From Lama glama (Eukaryota): 64,000 bases of DNA. Under the pieces are notes generated by a model. It worked only from the letters and a program-made list of their open reading frames with translations. It made no database searches and was not told the origin of the DNA. Both the position numbers and the translations under genes were made by a program. This document shows positions 27,211-38,899 of this stretch, piece after piece. The first letter of the stretch is position 1, and every line of letters starts with the position of its first letter. The stretch spans positions 46,564,001-46,628,000 of the forward strand of contig CM052817.1 of NCBI GenBank assembly GCA_028534125.1, given 5' to 3'.

Positions 27211-27326
27211 ATTAAATAAATAATGGTATAATCCATATGGTGTAATACAGTACAGCTAATTAAGATCACATTGCAAAAAAGAAAAAAACACTGACTGGAC
27301 ATGTGGTAAATTGTTCATAATATGTT
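27211..27326 (+). repeat. 116-bp exact copy of 27717-27832
   Basis: Base-by-base identity at an offset of 506. Confidence 0.95.
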
Positions 27327-27435
27327 CAATTCCCAATACCTCAGTTAAAAATAAATAAATAAAAGTAAGCCTTATCCCCAACCCCAAAAAAGACAATTTA
27401 AATAAATAAATAAATAAGTAAATAAAAAAAAAAAA
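27324..27435 (+). mobile_element. vic-1-like SINE, 3' half (B box and A-rich tail)
   Basis: gttcaattcccaatacctc..(aaat)n..poly A continues the SINE broken at 26664. Confidence 0.85.
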
Positions 27436-28812
27436 TCTTAGAGGTAATGAATAATATACATATTTATAGAATATTATTTTTTTATCTCTCAGATTGGTAA
27501 ATATTTAAAAGAAGAAAAATAATTCAGGAGTTACTCCAGGAGTATAAAATTGACACTTTTTTTTGAGAGAAATTCTTTAAAAAATATACATTCATTTAAC
27601 CTGGCAAGTTCACTTTTTGAAAAGTGTCTAAAAGGCATAATTGTGGTTGTGTGCAATTACATATAAACTTTCACTGCAGCATTGTTTATAGTAATACAAT
27701 TTTCAGATTAAGGAACATTAAATAAATAATGGTATAATCCATATGGTGTAATACAGTACAGCTAATTAAGATCACATTGCAAAAAAGAAAAAAACACTGA
27801 CTGGACATGTGGTAAATTGTTCATAATATGTTTTATGTGATGAAAGCAGATTATAAAACAATAAGCCAAATATAATAGCATTTTGGTAAATATCCATAGG
27901 GAAACTATGTCAATAAAGAATTTTACCAAATTGTTCTTGATAACTATATTTGAGAGATGGAGCTGTAGGTGATTTTTTTCCTCTCCGTGTCTATGTTTTT
28001 CAAATTTTCCACATTGCATATGTGTAATTATGTGTTTTTACATTACAAAATAAAAATTACAAATAATTACAGAAGGTTAAGTACTCCAAAGCAAAGGAAT
28101 CACTGAAACTAACCAAAGGAAACCAGTTGGAAGCTAATAATCAAAATAAAGACTTCAAGGATGCTTGCAGATAAAAAAGGCAAAACAAAGTTGCCCAGAT
28201 ACTGAGAATAAACAATGCAGACAATGGGGGTGGAGCATGGATTTGAACAAAGACATTCTGGAGCCTAGGAGATGTAGACTCTGCAGGTCCTGTTAGTCAT
28301 CATTCAAGAGTCAGTCTGAACCAGCAGTTGCACTCTAGGGGGCTGTGGGGCCAACGTGGCAATCAAATTACTACCCACAGGTAATGCCAAGTCATACTGT
28401 CCTCATACATGATGGTGTAGAAACTCTGGGGTCCAATAAGCCCATTTTCCTGATTTTGTTCAGGTTATTAAAATGGCCTCCCAAAAGATAAATCTGATCA
28501 TTCCTGGTCTACACACACACACACCACAAGTTAACTAGATAAACCATCTGACCTTTTAAACATACAGAATCCTTAAAGTACTATATCAAACAGGTAACCT
28601 GCACATCTAGAGTGATGGTCAGTCTGTTAATTTGACATTTGAACATGAAGGACACCAGAAATCAACTCTGCTTACAGAACTCATTGTAGGAATTAAATTT
28701 AATTCCTTTTGATGGCTCTGAGGCTTTATTGTAAAAATAACCTTTTTTAAAATTATCATGGTTACTTTACATAGGAAACAGGTAAAGTACCACTGATACC
28801 AAAAGGTGCTTT

Positions 28813-28838
28813 TGTGTGTGTGTGTGTGTGTGTGTGTG
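28813..28838 (+). repeat. (TG)n microsatellite
   Basis: Read directly from the sequence. Confidence 0.95.
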
Positions 28839-29010
28839 AATAAAAGCACTGCTTCCACAGCATGTGTCATCTGAGTGTCTCTGAGTCTCTGGTTCCTTCT
28901 TTGGGGACTGATTTTATTAATTTTAAATAAAAACAAAAAGCTTTGGCCTTTGGTAGTCTTCAAAGAGGTAGCCCTTTTTTTTTTAAATTGTCAGTTCTTT
29001 TATCCATTCC

Positions 29011-29261
29011 TTTTTTTAATTGAATTATAATTGGTTTACAATGTTGTGTTAATTTCTGGTGTATATCACAGTGATTCAGGTGTACATACATATAATTCCT
29101 TTTCATATTCATAATAGGCTATTACAAGGTATTGGATATAGTTCCCTGTGCTTTCTTTTTAATTGAGGTTTAAGAGACATATTACATCAGTTTCAGGTGC
29201 CTGAAATAATAATTCACTACTTGCATGTATTGCAAAATGATCACCATAAAGTCTAGTTAAC
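29011..29261 (-). mobile_element. Two abutting short L1 3'-end fragments
   Basis: T-run plus aattga..ttacaatgttgtgttaatttctggtgta..gttccctgtgct, then a second T-run plus aattgagg..agtttcaggtg..aaatgatcaccataaagtctagttaac. Confidence 0.75.
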
Positions 29262-29699
29262 TAGACTTTTTAAAATTGGAGGCATTGAGGACAAGCAAAA
29301 TCCCCACATCCAGTTCAGTATGTAGTGACTAAATTACTACTCATTTCTCTTGTATACTTTTGTTACAATAGATTTCAAATTTTGAGGTCTACTAGATTCT
29401 TCGGTGGCACTTGTAAAAAAGAAAAAAAAATGCCCACCCCTTATCCCAAACCTACTAAATCAGAGTCTCATAGGCGGCCGGGCCCGTGGGTATGAGTTTA
29501 ACACCACGCGCAGGTGGCTCAGGGGCGCTCGGAGGTGTGGGGACCACTGCTGTGGGGGCAAAGGTACCAGTAGGGAAAGGAGGTGGCAAAAGAACAAGAG
29601 GGAAACAATTAAGAAATTTCTAATTAAAAGACAAAATGTTAATAAGAAAGATGTGAATAATGGCACTCAGTCCTGGTTGGTGTCATTTCTTATAGGCTA

Positions 29700-30450
29700 T
29701 TTCTCCCAAGTCGGGGGAGACTGGAGAGGAGCGATTGGAATCCGTCCAATTCAGTGGGTAAAGCGTTAACCAGAATGTCAGTTCACTTGTCCTCAAGACG
29801 TGTGACAGAGAGCAAAGGAGTGTTCCTATCAGCTGCTCCTAGGAAAGAAAGTAAACACTCCCAACATGCACTGAGGCTCAGGGAGTGGCTCAGGTTTCTA
29901 ACACTTCCCTGCTGTGGCGAAAAGGAGTAATAATTAACAGCTTCTTGGGCTCGATGATCATCCGTCGGAGGGGCACTGCCAGGCGCAGAGCCGAGCCGCT
30001 CCGGCTCCGTGTGCCGCCCCTCCTCCAGCGTTTGGCTCCCACCTCCACCGGCACCTCCACCTCCACCTCCCGGACAGGTGAGCGAGCACCGACTCTCCGA
30101 CGCTGCTCAGAGTTGGCGACTGAGCAAGGGGAACAAACTCTCCGGAGCAGGTTCAGCGCAGTAACAACGGTTAAAACTCTCCTCCTGTTCGCAGTGTGAG
30201 TAACAGGTGAAAAATGGGGTAGGGAAAAGAACCCCTCTAATCTACTCCCCGAGGTCAAGTTAAGGGCAAATTATTAGAAAGCAGAAGCCACAGGCAGCCA
30301 GACTTGAAGGCGTGCATGTATCAGAGCAGACCGAAACCCGGACACACTTTTCCTTTTGATTTTTCTTATACCTTTTCCGGATCAAGGTAAGCATGTGGGG
30401 AGAGGGGAGGGGAAAGAAAGAAGGGCCTGGAGGTAAGTGTGGCCGCCAGC
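29700..30450 (+). promoter_or_regulatory. RASSF6: GC/CpG-rich RASSF6 promoter and first-exon region
   Basis: The strongest CpG enrichment in the window (29950-30200). Inverted CCAAT pair at 29734-29750, FOX motif GTAAACA at 29851, HNF1-like AGTAATAATTAAC at 29926-29938. Confidence 0.75.
29950..30077 (+). other. RASSF6: Probable RASSF6 first exon (5' boundary uncertain)
   Basis: Strong donor CAG|GTGAGC at 30077/30078 inside the CpG-rich region, 8.6 kb upstream of the first coding exon. Confidence 0.6.
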
Positions 30451-31789
30451 CCCTCCTCCCTTTTCTAACAGGGGTAGATAGAGCTCAGTAAAGTCTCTAC
30501 CTGGAATTGTGCTTACAGAGTAACCTCAAGACACTAGACTCCTGAATGACGTCCCCACCTTTCTGAGTATCCTTATGGTTAGGGTGTTGTATTCAATCAG
30601 CAGACTTGAAAGGCCTTTTTAATTGAGGGTTCAGCTACACTTTTATTATTTTCCACAAATCAGTAGAGACTTCCCTGCACCCCACCCCCACATCCACACA
30701 AAATTTGGAAAGGATTTCTGATAAGACTGCACCAAACAATGAAAAAATAGTCATAATTAAATGGGAGTCCATGAGTTAAGGATATAAATTCTGAAGCAGG
30801 AGAACCACAGGTTCAAATCCTGCCTTTGCCACTTCCTTGTTTGTCCCTCAGCAAGTTACTTAATCTAGCCAAACCTCAGTTTGTCATCTATAAAATAAGT
30901 ATCATAGCAGGATTGGCCAATAGGGTTTTGATGAGAATTAAACACTTCTACAAATAGTGCCTCAAATCAGCATTAAGAAATTTGCAGCTCTGCCAAAGGG
31001 TCTGTGTCAGGGACAGTGAGCTGAGCTGGTGAGGCCAGACCAGACTGTATAGGGGAACTGGAGATGGATTGGTTTCCAGATAGTGGGTCCAGGACACGTG
31101 AGCAGATGACAAATGGACAAAACATTACCTCTGAGTAGCAATGAAATTATCTGGCTTCTGGCCACTTTTCAAACATGGTATGTGGTGGCATAAATTCAAA
31201 CTTATTTTTTACTCACTCATTTTTACTTTGGAAAAGTCACATTTATGCGAATCTGTTCTTTCTAAAAAGAAACTAATTTTATAATAGCAGAGAAACCCAT
31301 CGATTTTGAGTTTTATAAGAGAGATTGCCCTTGAATAACTTTGATAAAATTAGATCATATAGTCCATGTCCTTATATTATAACACATATTGTACTGTTTG
31401 TATTAAAGTCATATAGACTTTTATTTGTGTTTATGAACAAGAAACATAAAAGAATGATACCTGTGTTTCATTGGTCTTTATCTCTTAAATTACAGGGAAG
31501 TGAACTTACTTTATTAAAGTTCATTTAAAGGACACTTTTGTTAGTGTTGCTGATAGTTTAATTAATGTGGATAACTTGGAGAAAGGGATAAACTTAGTAA
31601 GTGTGACTAGCAAAGTATTTCCATCGATGATATTTTATCTTTTTATTTTAGATAAAACCTTAAATGGTTTGCAGTTGATCCTAGTTTAATATTATCATTG
31701 TTTCTGTTTTCAAATTACAGAGTCAAAATTCCCCAATTTATGGACTTTGTTATTTGGATATTTTTTAGAGCTGGAAGGAACTGGTTTTT

Positions 31790-32120
31790 TTCTTCCAGTT
31801 TCATCAAGATATAGTTGACATAGGACACTGTATAAGTTTAAGCTGTACAGTATAATAATTTGACTTACATGCATTATGAAATTATTATCACAATAACTTT
31901 AGTGAACATCCATCATCTCATATAGATACAAAATTAAAGAAATAGAAAAAATTTTCCTTGTCAGGCGAACTCTTAGGATTTGCTGTCTTAACAACTTTCA
32001 TATGTAACATACAGCAGTGTTACTTACATTTATCATTTTGTACATTGAATCCCTAGTACTTACTTATCTTATAACTGGAAGTCTTATCTTTTGATTACCT
32101 TCATCCAATTCCCCATTCTC
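31790..32120 (-). mobile_element. L1MA-type 3' end
   Basis: gatatagttgacata..cactgtataagtttaag..gaactcttaggatt..cttataactggaagt. Confidence 0.8.
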
Positions 32121-35100
32121 CCATCTTTAAAATTGGATATTGACTGGAGAATTGTAGGTAGGATTCTACAGCCAACCAAACTGAACTTTACTATGTTATT
32201 GTCCTCTGGGGTTTGATTGTGTTTAGTGTAGTTTAGCTAGAAACTTATAAAATAACCCAGCCCATTTAGAATAAATTATAGAACCAGTTCACTAAACACT
32301 TTTCAAAGAGGAAATATACCTTTATGCTGAATAAATATTTTTAGAACTTAAACCAAGTTTTTTGATTTTATATTTCTCAATAGGTATATGTTTAAACAAC
32401 AAACAGTAGCCCCAACTGAGATAAATCTATTAAACATATTTGAGATTAATTTGAGATTAACCTATTTGTTAATCTCACATAATCAGGTATTAGTCTTCCT
32501 AAAGTCCATTTTAGAATACAAATGTTTTACTACCATTTCTAATGCTTACAACATTTTGTGATACACTATTAAATGTTTGGGTCAACTGAGAGAGAGAGAG
32601 AGAAATAATCAGCAATGATTAAGAAAAAATTAACTTTTTCAGTTATATTTGAAATAGTATAACATAAACGTCATATGTCTTTTTAACATGCAATTCAAGG
32701 TTTCAAACTTGATACTTGTTTTAACTTCCTAAAATAAGAAGCATCCTATACTTTTCACTGAAATAGAAATCCAGTGATAAGAGTCAATATACTTGGACAG
32801 ACTTTTGGTTACAGTGCAGACAGGGAATTTAGCATTGTTAGAGATAACATGGGCTTCATATAAAAGTTTAGATTTTTAAAAATAGTCAAGTAAAGTTCAA
32901 TTCAAAGTACAACCTCTGAGAAAACTTCTTTTGAATATTCTCTTTGCACTAAAGTCTAGTGTTAGAGAGGCTTAGGTTCTGTTGTCAAAATCAGTCTTTT
33001 AAAGCTATCAAATGTAGCAATTTCATCATTTCATAACATCATCTCAGGTACCAAAAGAACCAATGCCACTGCCGTCAGTAGTTGAACATGAAAATGTCTC
33101 TTTGTTAAGAGATGATGGGGTTGTCTTAGTAACTGAGATAGCTGAAGAGCAACTTTTCCATCATCATCCCAGAGTCTAGTAAATGGAGCTCAACAGGAGA
33201 AAGGGCTGATTTTTTCGCAGCCAACAGATGACCAGGAAAAATGAGTCATGGTCCCTGTGAAATCAACCTTAGAATTTTGTCTTGGAAACCCAGGGGAACA
33301 GAGAATCCTCAAGCTGTCCCACAGCAGCACTTCCAGAAGATGCCGTTGGCAGACCAAGCAGCTCCCTCCCAGACTGAGTGGTGGCCAAGATGCCTCGGGT
33401 CCTGAAGTGACTTAAAACTAACTTGCTTCTCCTACTGCTTCTGCATTTCTCACCTCCCTGAGGGCACTCTGGGGAGAATAAAGCACATGGCACTAACGCC
33501 ATGTAAATATGAATAGAACGTTAAAGGTTTGACGTTGCAAATTAGATCCCAGTGGGACTGACACAGAAGTCTGGTTGTTTGATCCACATCCACATCCTGT
33601 TTAGTCCTGTCTTAAATACAAACACTGTAATACATTTGTATTTGTATCTCAAAACAAACATTTCCTAACTGCAATCAACATCACTTAATAAAGTGATCAT
33701 TTTTATTCTCCAACTCTCAACTTTAACCATCTCTGCAAATGAGGCACATTCTTTAGAAAAAATATGGAGCCAAGTGCTTCCCAGAAACCATATTCTTCTT
33801 GATTCTTTTCCTGTTTTCTAAGAATTGGATAATGGTTAGAATTATAGATATTTTGTCTCATTTCCTTGAAATGATATAATTGTATACAACTGTTCTCTAC
33901 TCCAAGGTTCTGGGCCAGAGCTTAGAGAAAGCAGCTTTGTTTTAGAGCTAAATACATAACTTTCTATTGCTTCTTCCAGCCAAAATAATAAGTTTTTTAA
34001 AACCTCCATGTGTACAGCCTTTAATATAATCTTATTTCATAATTGAAATACATACTTGCTAATCTAATATAATACTCTCTGCTCTTTTTTTTAGTAACTT
34101 TTATGGTATGTGTTATGTAAGATATGGTCCCTGTGTATGATTTAGAAAGTACGTATGAAATCAAAAGGAAATGATTATCACTTATAATTTCATAGCTCTC
34201 AATTTTACCTTTAACATTTTTGTACATCTCTCCCTATATTGAATATACAGATAGTCATTATTTTATGTAAGTTTTGTCTACATACCTGCATACATGTATC
34301 CATTTTAGGAGATATACAAATAAAACAAGCAATCATCCTGTTCTAAAGGAAATTAAGTAAAAGTAAGTAAAATAAAATATAATTAGGGAAAGAAAGCTGC
34401 AGGTAATTAGAAAGGGCAGATATTTTGCTGTGAAAGCTCAAAGGCAGAGGAAATTCTCTTTGGCTGGAGACTAGGGAAGTTAACGCCTGTATTTTTTAAG
34501 TTTGTTATAAAATTATGACCACTTTGCCACTTCCTGTACCCAGTGGCCTCAGGAATAAGGGGCTGCAGATACAGATAGAGGCTACCCTTCCTGGCTTAAC
34601 ACAGCAAACGCAGAGAAAGAACTCATGAAATCTTTTTTGACTGTACAAAACAGTGGACCAAGTTTTCCACTTTTAAACAAGTAATGATTTTATTAATCCA
34701 TGCTTGAGGAAGGTACTTTAAATAACTGGCTCTTTTGAGTTAATTGGGCTTGGATTCACCTCCCATCCTCTGGCCTCATTCTGACAACTGGACAGTCCAG
34801 GCAAGTCCATGTCTAGGCAGGATACAGAGCAGGGGGCAGGGGGTGAGCCATGGATGCTCTCAGATGCACTCCGTTCTCAGCGTTGCCCAAATACTGGTGC
34901 TGACTTATTCTGCTTTCTCTGGTTCCTGATCCCCGCTGCCTGCTCAGACCAATTCTACTTCCTTGGCCTTTTCCCTTCTCTGGTGAGCCTCCAAAGTCTG
35001 TTGGAGCCTAGACCTACCTAGTACCCCCAGGATCGTTTATTTTTCCATGATTTAATTACTGGCCTATCTAATTTCCTATCTCTTGAACTCTACTGTCTGG

Positions 35101-36099
35101 ACAAAATTACAAAATAAATAGCCAAACATTAATAAATGATCTTGTTTTATGCACAATCTAAGTCAATAATCCCTGTCCCCAGGACGGGAGAGCCCTGTGT
35201 GATTCACCCTCCCAGTAAAGTACATAGATTTGTAACAACTACCTTCCTCCTCAAGTCATGTTTGTCATGTTCTACCAAAATAATTCTGAATGTCCAAAGT
35301 AAGACCCCTAGGCTTCTAGACCTATAATTTTTCTTTTTTTCAAGAATCTTCTCCATCTCTGCTAATTATGACCTCTAATTATTCCTCTCTTAAACATTTT
35401 GAGAAAACCACCTCAGACCCTTAAATCAACCAAGCTTTATAATTCAGGTGTTATTCACAAGGGCCCTACCAGATTTTAATTTGCAATGGATCAGGGTTAA
35501 TGGGAATAGAAAGAGAAAACTATTGGAATTCATAGATCTATTTCTTACTTCAGCAATCAAGAATGAGACTTTTACCAGATCATGTTTTCAGGTATTTCAA
35601 TTGTTCTAATATTTTGTTTAGCCAATTTTTGAATTGAGACACTGTCAATTATTATTTCCTATTTAATTAACATATACTGCCTGTGAACAAAAATTTTATC
35701 CTATTTTTATTTTCTTTCATAAATTCCATTCAACTGTCTTTCTTTCCAAGTTCAGGGAATAATGTAAAGATTTTGAAATTCTTTAATCACGTCTTCTGAA
35801 GCTGGCTATGACTTGCTTCAGCATAGGTCATGAGTTTGACAATATAATTACATAGTAATGTTTGCTATCTTTAATGATACCTTAGCTAATTTTTTTATGA
35901 ATACAAATAGAGAAGGAGTCAGTTAAGAAGCCACTGCAATGATTCTTCTGTCCATCACTGTCAATTTACACTTTGTGCTTCTTCAGTTCAAAATATCCCT
36001 GACTTCTAGTCCCAGCTAAAATATCATGTCAACTATCAAGAAAAGTTTTATTATTAGTAACTAATCCTTTGGGCCACATCTGCAACTTTACAGTTAGTC

Positions 36100-37097
36100 A
36101 GTCACTGAACAATTATTAATTAAATGCTTTCCATGTATCAGGCAAAATCCTAAGAACTGGGTGTACCCGGGGAAACAAACAAAAAGTCCGTATCTTAAGA
36201 TATTCACATTGTAGTTGGGGAAGACAGACAGTGTAAGTAAATAAGATCCCTTCAGATACTGATATGGACCTAGAGGAAAATAATGTGGTTGTGACTAATG
36301 GAGACTTGCTTAGGGAGGGCCTCTGAGAGAGGAGACACAGGGACTGAGACCCGAACGATGGGGACAGGCAGCCATGTGAAAGTCTGAGGTAAGGTGCTCC
36401 AAGTAGGGGGAGGAGCAAGTACAAAACCCTGAGGCAGGAATGAGCTTAGGGAGTGATTGAAAACCAGAGAGAAGGCCATGTAGATGAAATGTAACCAATG
36501 AAGGAAATAATGAAGGGTATGAATATCGAACAGATTGACAGGATCTTGTGGGTCATCACCAGGAGGTTATACTTTATTCTAGTTCACTCTTGAAAATCTT
36601 TGCAAGGTTTTAATCACAGAATGACAAAATCTGATTCAATCTTTAAAATGATCACCCTGGATGCTGCAGAGAGAATGGAATATGGGTCATGAGGCAGATG
36701 CAGGGAAACTGGTCAGGAGGATGATTGAATAATCCAGGAGAAAGGTGGCAGTGTGTTGGCTCAGAGTGGCAGCATTGAAAATTAAAGCTTTTGAGTTACA
36801 TATTGGAGGCACCATCAATAGAACTTACTTTTGGATTGGAATCTGGTTATGATAAAAAAGGAAAAAAATAAGTTTTAGTTTTGGTGCCCAGTTGGGTAGA
36901 TGAGAAAGAATTGTAAAGGAGGGAATTCTGGAGCATGGAAAAAAGTCAGTGGTACTGTTTTGGCCATGTTGGTATTGAGATGCCTGATAGTTATCCACGT
37001 AGAGACTAAATAGGTAGTGGCCTGAGTCTGGAGCTCAGTGGAGAGGCTGGGCTGGAGATGGGTTAGATTACCTGCAAGAAAATGTAGATAGAAAAGA
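36100..37097. mobile_element. L2 remnant
   Basis: agggagggcctctgagaggagac..gatcaccctggatgctg..ttttggccatgttgg..gagatgcct..gagtctggagctcag. Confidence 0.72.
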
Positions 37098-37597
37098 NNN
37101 NNNNNNNNNNNNNNNNNNNNNNNNNNNNNNNNNNNNNNNNNNNNNNNNNNNNNNNNNNNNNNNNNNNNNNNNNNNNNNNNNNNNNNNNNNNNNNNNNNNN
37201 NNNNNNNNNNNNNNNNNNNNNNNNNNNNNNNNNNNNNNNNNNNNNNNNNNNNNNNNNNNNNNNNNNNNNNNNNNNNNNNNNNNNNNNNNNNNNNNNNNNN
37301 NNNNNNNNNNNNNNNNNNNNNNNNNNNNNNNNNNNNNNNNNNNNNNNNNNNNNNNNNNNNNNNNNNNNNNNNNNNNNNNNNNNNNNNNNNNNNNNNNNNN
37401 NNNNNNNNNNNNNNNNNNNNNNNNNNNNNNNNNNNNNNNNNNNNNNNNNNNNNNNNNNNNNNNNNNNNNNNNNNNNNNNNNNNNNNNNNNNNNNNNNNNN
37501 NNNNNNNNNNNNNNNNNNNNNNNNNNNNNNNNNNNNNNNNNNNNNNNNNNNNNNNNNNNNNNNNNNNNNNNNNNNNNNNNNNNNNNNNNNNNNNNNN
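37098..37597. other. Assembly gap (500 N)
   Basis: Run of N. Confidence 0.99.
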
Positions 37598-38728
37598 TTT
37601 GTGTTGTTCTCTCTCAGAGCTCTTGTTCTGCTTGGTCTGCCTTTCTTCCTGTCGCTCTGTTACACAGGTGTCAGTCTCTCAAACTGATCACCAAGGGGAA
37701 AAACATATGTCAAGCTCTGTATTTCTGGCTCTTCTAGTATTTCTTCATATACCCACTTTGTCATCTTTCTTTAGACTTTGAAAATTAAATTTTGACATGA
37801 CAGAGGAACATTTGTATGTTCTTTTTCCTTTACTACGATTTTCCCTAAATTATATAAAGAATATCATTTTCAATTTAAAATGGGAAACTAATATCAAAAG
37901 AGAGTAAAATTGATTTTTCTCAAAAGCACATATTGAGTAAAAAGAATAAAGTTAAACACCTTAATATCGTAAAGCTTATAGGGGTGGGGGAGGGGCTGGA
38001 AGAGGACAGAGAAAACAACACAATGTTCCCGAAACAAATTATTTTGTGATTTATGTGACTAACCATGAAGAGCAGGTTCGGAGGATGCCTCCTAGAAACC
38101 TACTCAAAGTGAGTTACAGTTAAAACTTTAAACTCTAAGTTTGTTTTCTTATAGTTGAAGATTTTTGAGAACATTTCACTTATTCTGAGTATTAATTGCC
38201 TTAAACATAGGAAAAAAATCTTTGAAAAGAATCTTAGAACAGACCAATTTATAGAAAATCACAAAAGAATTAATCTGTAAACCTTTTCCAAACTGCAAAA
38301 ACAATGTTGGTAAAAAGAAAAAAGAGGAGACCTTAAAGACATTCAGACCTTAATTCAAATCATTTGTTCCACTACTTAGTAAGTGTTTGAAATGGAGATA
38401 ATGACACCCCTGCCTTGCTGGGATGGTCTGAGGAGTAAATAAGATCACATCCATAAAACAGCTCACATTCTAAGCATAGGACCCAAAGCAGGTACGTGGT
38501 TTAAAAAAAAAAAAAAAAAACTCTTTCCTTCCCTCCCCAACCAAACCCTTATGTCCATACGTTAAACACTACTTAAAAACTCCCCCCAAAATACTTTCAT
38601 ACACTAGGGACACAAGAAACAATTTCAGTTTGTCAGAAACTAATTTGTGAATGCATCACAGGAACATACCATTAATACTATTTTAATGTTTTAAGGTGTC
38701 CTCCCATGATCTCAGAAAGGGGGAAGAG

Positions 38729-38793
38729 ATGACCACGATGGCTCACCAGTCCCCCTCCTGGATCTTCATCAACGAGAGGACGTTCATTACCAG
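38729..38793 (+). CDS. RASSF6: RASSF6 first coding exon (exon spans 38696-38793): [21 protein letters not shown](R)
   Basis: Acceptor ttttaag|G and donor AG|gtaact. The peptide matches the RASSF6 N-terminus as I recall it (human [22 protein letters not shown]). Confidence 0.95.
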
Positions 38794-38899
38794 GTAACTG
38801 TACACCTGTGTTATTTTATTCTACTATTCCATCATTTGTGGATTATACCCCAGCCTCCTAAAAGAAGGATACAGTCATCTTTCCCACTTACAAGATGAG

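Noticed and set aside
29885..30258. Overlapping 104-aa and 122-aa ORFs at the promoter
   Set aside because: Stop-poor GC-rich DNA with no recognisable protein; the plus-strand ORF runs through a splice donor.
33048..33179. Possible extra exon or pseudogene (VPKEPMPLPSVVEHENV..HPRV*)
   Set aside because: No good polypyrimidine tract, it ends in a stop, and I recognise no homologue on either strand.
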